Shown in pieces: positions 58,960-64,000 of a stretch of 64,000 bases of DNA. The DNA comes from Bugula neritina. Taxonomy: Eukaryota; Animalia; Bryozoa. The stretch's first letter is position 1, and every line of letters begins with the position of its first letter. Location of the stretch: positions 1,240,001 through 1,304,000 of the forward strand of contig OZ037772.1 in the NCBI GenBank assembly GCA_964035545.1, given 5' to 3'. The notes beneath the pieces are model-generated. The model made no database searches and was not told the DNA's origin. It worked only from the letters and a program-made list of their open reading frames with translations. Made by a program: the position numbers and the translations under genes.

Positions 58960-59473
58960 ATTATGAGGAACAAACTCCTCGATAGTTTCTACATTTGCGC
59001 ATGATTTTATCAAGATAGGCTTGCTTTTGTGTCAACCTGTAGCCAGTGCAACTATACTTTATGTAACGAGTAAAACAGACTCATTTCAAAGTACACAGTC
59101 TAAAGGGTAGGAATTACTACAAAGAAAAGTGCCGGTTAAAAGTTAATTATAATTGGAAATAAGGTGAAATATCAGTCAGAAATTAAAAAGTGTCAACTAA
59201 AAAGGTGTATTGTTATTTCTTTTTGGCCTAATGAAAATGTTTTTTGAGGAAGAAGTACGAGAAACATCTAGGAGGGGTTCATATCCACCACTGGCGACTA
59301 CCTGTTTATTGATGAAGAACTATCCAATGATAGTACAGTATTATGGTCTTTTGCCTTATAATTGGCTTTGATTTTTTTATGTCTAATTACGAGATACTAA
59401 ACAGATGCAAAGTATGTTGTGCATAGGCAGTTTTTTTATGTCTCTAAACAACATTCTAGGAAAATATATACTG

Positions 59474-59908
59474 CATGTATGATGCTTTTTTTATGCAGGC
59501 CTTTCTTCTTGGCATCAACGACACGAACAACTTTGGAGAAAATTGTTCGAGGAGTCAGAAAACATAGACCTCAAAAAAGCTATTAAAAAGTGCGAAGTGG
59601 CTGAGGGCTCTCAGAGTGATATGAAGACTATTAAATCGGAAGGAGAATCAATTCATACACTTGGTCTCAAGGCCACTAAAGCAAACAAAAGTGCCAAACT
59701 GTACTTACGCACAACTGACAAGGAAGCGAATAATCCTGCCAAGTCTAACTGTGAAAACTGTGGCAACTCTCATCCTCCCGAAAATGCATACGGCAAACAG
59801 TGTAGTAACTGCACGAAATCCAACCACTTCATAGCAGTCTGCAGACCCAGGAAAAACGGCGGGATAAATGCAGTCACTGAACACATAGCTAAAACATTAA
59901 AACTTTAA
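59474..59908 (+). pseudogene. 3' half of the interrupted Gypsy gag, with two zinc knuckles
   Basis: LLGIND...LKKAIKKCEVAE...CENCGNSH...CSNCTKSNHFIAVC. Confidence 0.88.
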
Positions 59909-60636
59909 CTGCAATTTTTTTACCTTTTTAGGTTAAATGCAATAAAAAGAAGTGCAGTGTCAAATATAGCTTCAAGTAGACTTGCACTCATGGCAACTGA
60001 AATTCATGAACAATAATAGATCTATACTCAAAGTACGTGCAGATAAGTCAGTAATAAGTCTAAAGTTGTGTTTATACCTTTCCTGAACAAAGTATTTGTG
60101 TTTCAGTTAATTAATAACACTCTTCAGAGTGCACCCTTATAACATAGTCTTACTGAAACTTGGTGACATTTCAACTTGAGTTTAATTGCTGACTAAAAAT
60201 TTGGAAGGTATAAATGCAACTTAGCAAATATTACCTAAAAACTCCATCTAATAAAATAGTTGTGAAGTTTTAGCTACATGTATAACATTTTAATAGACAA
60301 AATTACAATCACTCACCCTAGTGCTTACTAATCACAAAACCTGGTTTGATAACCGGGAATTTTAAATAACAATTCATTTCATCAAGATTAGAATTGAAGT
60401 AAATTTTTTATGGCATTCTCACCAAATAAAGATTCGCTGTCATTGTCCAACTTTGCTCTTTCAATCAAATTATTAAAAGCACTTTGAACGATAGAAGCTG
60501 AGTTTACAATGTAAATACAATTTTATCTCTGAGTGTAATTCTGTGCATTTAATCCAAAAATGTTAATAACAAAAACTGAAGGCTCTTGAGTGTGTGTTAC
60601 AAAAATGTTATATAAAGCCTGAGATCATGCTTTAAG

Positions 60637-60768
60637 ACACTTTAAATATTGCATAATATATAATAAATCAAATAAGTAGGCCTACACTTTTAATATTGCA
60701 TAATATATATTAAATCAAATAAGTACACTTTAAATATTGCATAATATATATTAAATCAAATAAGTACA
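60637..60768. repeat. Three tandem copies of a ~41-47-bp AT-rich unit
   Basis: acactttaaatattgcataatatatattaaatcaaataagt repeated three times. Confidence 0.85.
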
Positions 60769-61314
60769 AGATCAAAATATATATCGATACTATAATTTAT
60801 TATATGTATAAATATACATGAAGTGCTAGCATAATGTAGCTAATATTTTATATTATGATAAGCCATAAGTGATCATTACAATTTTAAACAGTGTATATGT
60901 TTGCAGTCTAAATACAATAAATAGATAGCTGTTGTCCATATTTTCAATGCAAGCTGATTAAAAATTGCCAGTGCGGAGTGTGACAGCCGATACTAGTTGC
61001 TGTATCAGCTGATAATTGTTGCTGCGTCAGCACGTGTGCTGTTTGGCACGGATGTCTATGTATTATGATTCACTTAACAAAGGGTGAATGGATTGAGGAC
61101 ACAGATGCAGGCCACAACTCTATTTGTTGTTTATTGCCAACAGTATATTTTCTAAGTTAGACTTAGACTTGAACTCATACTGATACTCATACTGTAACCT
61201 ATAACCATGAGAATTACAAACATCATGTTAACTCAACATTAATTACACAGCTGACAAAACATTTAGTTAATGAAGTTCAAAACAAAAAATAATATAATAC
61301 TAGATACTTACAAT

Positions 61315-63060
61315 TAAGTATAGATTGCCTGCATCTTTAGCAGGAGGAAAATTGAGCTGCACTGACTCATTGAATAAAAATAGCCAGCAAATAGCTATCG
61401 CGAAAGCTTTCACAAATAGCTTTAATTTTACAATGGTTTTTTGGAAAGCTGCCAAAACTCCTGCAACACAGAGATCTATATATGGCCTTCAAGGCTATTA
61501 AAATATATTTTATAGAGTTTCCAATCACCATTAAAACAAAGTTTGAGTATTTGTAGGCAATATAATTACTGAACAGATATACTTTAAATATATATTAACG
61601 TAGGAGGTCTAACATTATTCTTAAAAACAAAGTAACAAAAGTAACAAGCTAAAGTTGCTTTCGAAACAAAATAATGATTTACAGGTATACATATTAAATT
61701 AAAATGTTTGGTATTAGATTACATCATATAGTTTTTTGGTAAGCATTATGCATGATTGTCTCCCCAATCAACAAGAAGTCATAGTATGCAGTTTGATGAT
61801 TTTAGTTATTTAAAAAAGATAATTGTATTTTTAGTAAATTGTTACATGAAACAAAATTGCACATTTCCTCATAAATTTAACTACAGTTAAAACAACTTTA
61901 TTGTTTTTTGGTAAAACTGGAAGAAATTAAAATAATACTCAACCTAAGAAGATACATACCTTTTGCTGTCTCCAACTTGCTGCTCAACTTTTCATTTTTG
62001 CTTCTGGTAGAAACAGGCATTTTTTCTAAGAACTTAGTTATATAGTGTTTAAAAGTACTATGGTTTCCCAGCAAGTTTTACCTTGCTGAAATGTAACTTT
62101 CCAGTGTCAGAATAGCAGGTTTGACAAAATTTCTTATTTATATACTGCTATAATAGTAACAGAGAAAATTATCTGTTCCTGCAATTACTTCTACTAAGGT
62201 CTAGAGGGAGAGTGCATCCCTATAATTATGCAAAAGATAATAGACTCCCTGTAGTTCTGGGCCAATTTTCTTTTCATCTTCATAATAATCAGGAAGCTTA
62301 AGTAAGCTTAAAAGTTTTTGATTTACTAAAAATGGCTGCCAAGAGTTGAAATTTAGTTTGAACCTTATAAAAAAATCTTGGAATTAGCCAACTTCCAAAG
62401 CACTGTCATAATTATAAATTCTTTTGAAGAAGTTTACCCTCAAATACTGTACAATAAAAAAAAATCTTCAAGCTAGCTGTTCCATTTTTCTTGGTTTTGT
62501 GTTATCTCAGTACATGCAAAGTTTATAGTCTCTATGAGAGACCTTTTTCAACTGACTGAGCATAATAGCTGAAAATTTTGTCTGCTGTCCCTACAACGGG
62601 AACTTTTATAATAGGAGATGTTAAGAAATGCTTGCAGCTTACTTTTGCGACTATAAATATTAGACCCTGTAGCATATAAGACACCAAGTTTCATTCACAA
62701 TAAACCTAATGGGAATCAAGAGATATTAAATTCAAAGTTATTACCACATATTATTGAAAATTATCTATACATGTCTTACTCTTTTTTGTGTAGGTAGTCA
62801 TATTATATGACCAGCAAGAAATTTAGATTTTGATATTCACCCATTGCGTGAACAATATTTTTTCTAACTGAATTATTTTACTTGAAAAATTTCCAAAACA
62901 GGGAAACCAATTCAGCAACTAGTTCTAAAGTTTGAAAAAGGCATGTAGCACCAGTGCTACACTGGTCGTCTGTCTCTAAGAGTAACAATTCAGTTTAATT
63001 CCAATTGGCAACTCCCCTCCATATAAACTCCAAACAATATATTCTACTTTAACTGGTATA
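61315..63060 (-). pseudogene. Possible decayed multi-exon gene of unknown product
   Basis: Several short AG...GT-bounded segments (for example ~62027-61960 KMPVSTRSKNEKLSSKLETAK and ~62150-62083 QYINKKFCQTCYSDTGKLHFSK); some contain stops; no recognisable domain. Confidence 0.3.
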
Positions 63061-64000
63061 TTTAAAAACATTAGAAAATAAAAATCACATTTTTTATAAA
63101 TAGTATGTATAGTAATTTTCATAAAATAAGCAAGCACTTTGCTGGGAATATTTTGTTGCACGCAATTAATAGAAACTGGGGGGAACTCTGAGTATGTCTC
63201 ATGTAAACACAGTTGGAGCAAATACACCAGCTAACTGTAGAACGGCTAAATATTTGCAGCTGTAATGCCTCTGAACAATTCAACTAAAAAGTAGACATGA
63301 ATGTGGACATTGTAGCTATTTGGTAATTAGTATAATAGCTAAGCTGTGAATTTGCTCTTATCCTTACTAAGTGACAGGCAAAGTAAAAATTTAAAAGTAA
63401 GAATTTAAAGAATAAAATATTTTCATAACCTCATATCCCAATACATTAGGCCAGGAACTACGACAAATTAAAACAAATAATGGCTGTCTTTAATTTAACT
63501 TTTTTGCGGCTACTTACATTTTTCTTTCATATATTGAAGAAGACACAACCATTTAGTTTAGAATTAGCAAAAGCTAGCAACTGTAAGACATGTAGTATTA
63601 ATCAAGTAGCTAACCTATTACACAGAGAACTTGACAAATAAAATTTTCTGCCTCAGCAAAAGAAGTTTAAGTTTTTTACCACCATGTCTCGATAAATGCT
63701 TAAATATTTTATGTGTATAAACACTTAAAGTAAGTTTGTGATTTGAAATTAATGGCAAAAGGTTAGACTCAACTAATTGACTATTGCCTTTCTTGGCCTG
63801 GGCCAAGGCTAAACAACTTATACTACTAAAAGTTTGTGGAGAACTCGAACAGCTGACAAATTAAGTAATTTTAGAGGTAATGGTTTTCATTATAAAGTTG
63901 ATAACAGGTTCCAACCTTAAAGAGATACACAAAGGGCTACATAAGGGCAATGACAACTACAATAAGTATAACATAGGACATGAAGTTTGAAGCAATTCTG

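Larger units (their letters stand above)
23143..59473. mobile_element. Giant (36,331 bp) TIR DNA-transposon-like insertion, 8-bp TSD CATGTATG; superfamily unresolved (hAT-, P- or Zisupton-like ends)
   Basis: TSD at 23135-23142 and 59474-59481. TIRs CAGGGTATAATTTC... and CAGTATATATTTTC... match at 26/38 positions. GTATCTCGT motifs at both ends. Removing the insertion restores the gag frame GDMY|DAFFMQAFLLGIND. Confidence 0.85.

Noticed and set aside
59882-59900. CACATAG as the terminus of a further element truncating gag
   Set aside because: No partner end or TSD is visible within the window.

Overview
AT-rich eukaryotic (metazoan-like) window made almost entirely of nested mobile DNA; I recognised no intact host gene, tRNA, rRNA or CRISPR array. 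(1) Two young, full-length copies of one Ty3/Gypsy LTR retrotransposon, family A (697-8187 and 29698-37169, both minus strand), and a 5'-truncated copy of a divergent relative, family B (14012-17460). Both families carry a third, non-env gene after pol: two zinc fingers, an Arg-rich patch and a coiled coil. In family A this gene appears to be split by a 264-nt spliceosomal intron (GTGAGT / TACTAAC / TTTTTCAG). (2) A 36.3-kb insertion (23143-59473) bounded by an 8-bp TSD (CATGTATG), imperfect CAG-initiated TIRs and subterminal GTATCTCGT motifs. It splits an old Gypsy gag ORF in frame and is probably a giant DNA transposon; about 17 kb remain after nested elements are removed. Inverted pieces of further copies lie at 1-10906 and 10907-14011, joined exactly at the TIR. 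(3) An ISL2EU (PIF/Harbinger-group) element rebuilt with two 3' ends (about 1-kb inverted arms, AT TSD), an internally inverted Academ element, a decayed R4/Dong-like LINE, a CR1/L2-like fragment, a solo LTR, a piggyBac MITE inside a TGTGACC-ended element, a Copia gag fragment and simple repeats. All calls come from reading the sequence by eye; no database search was run.
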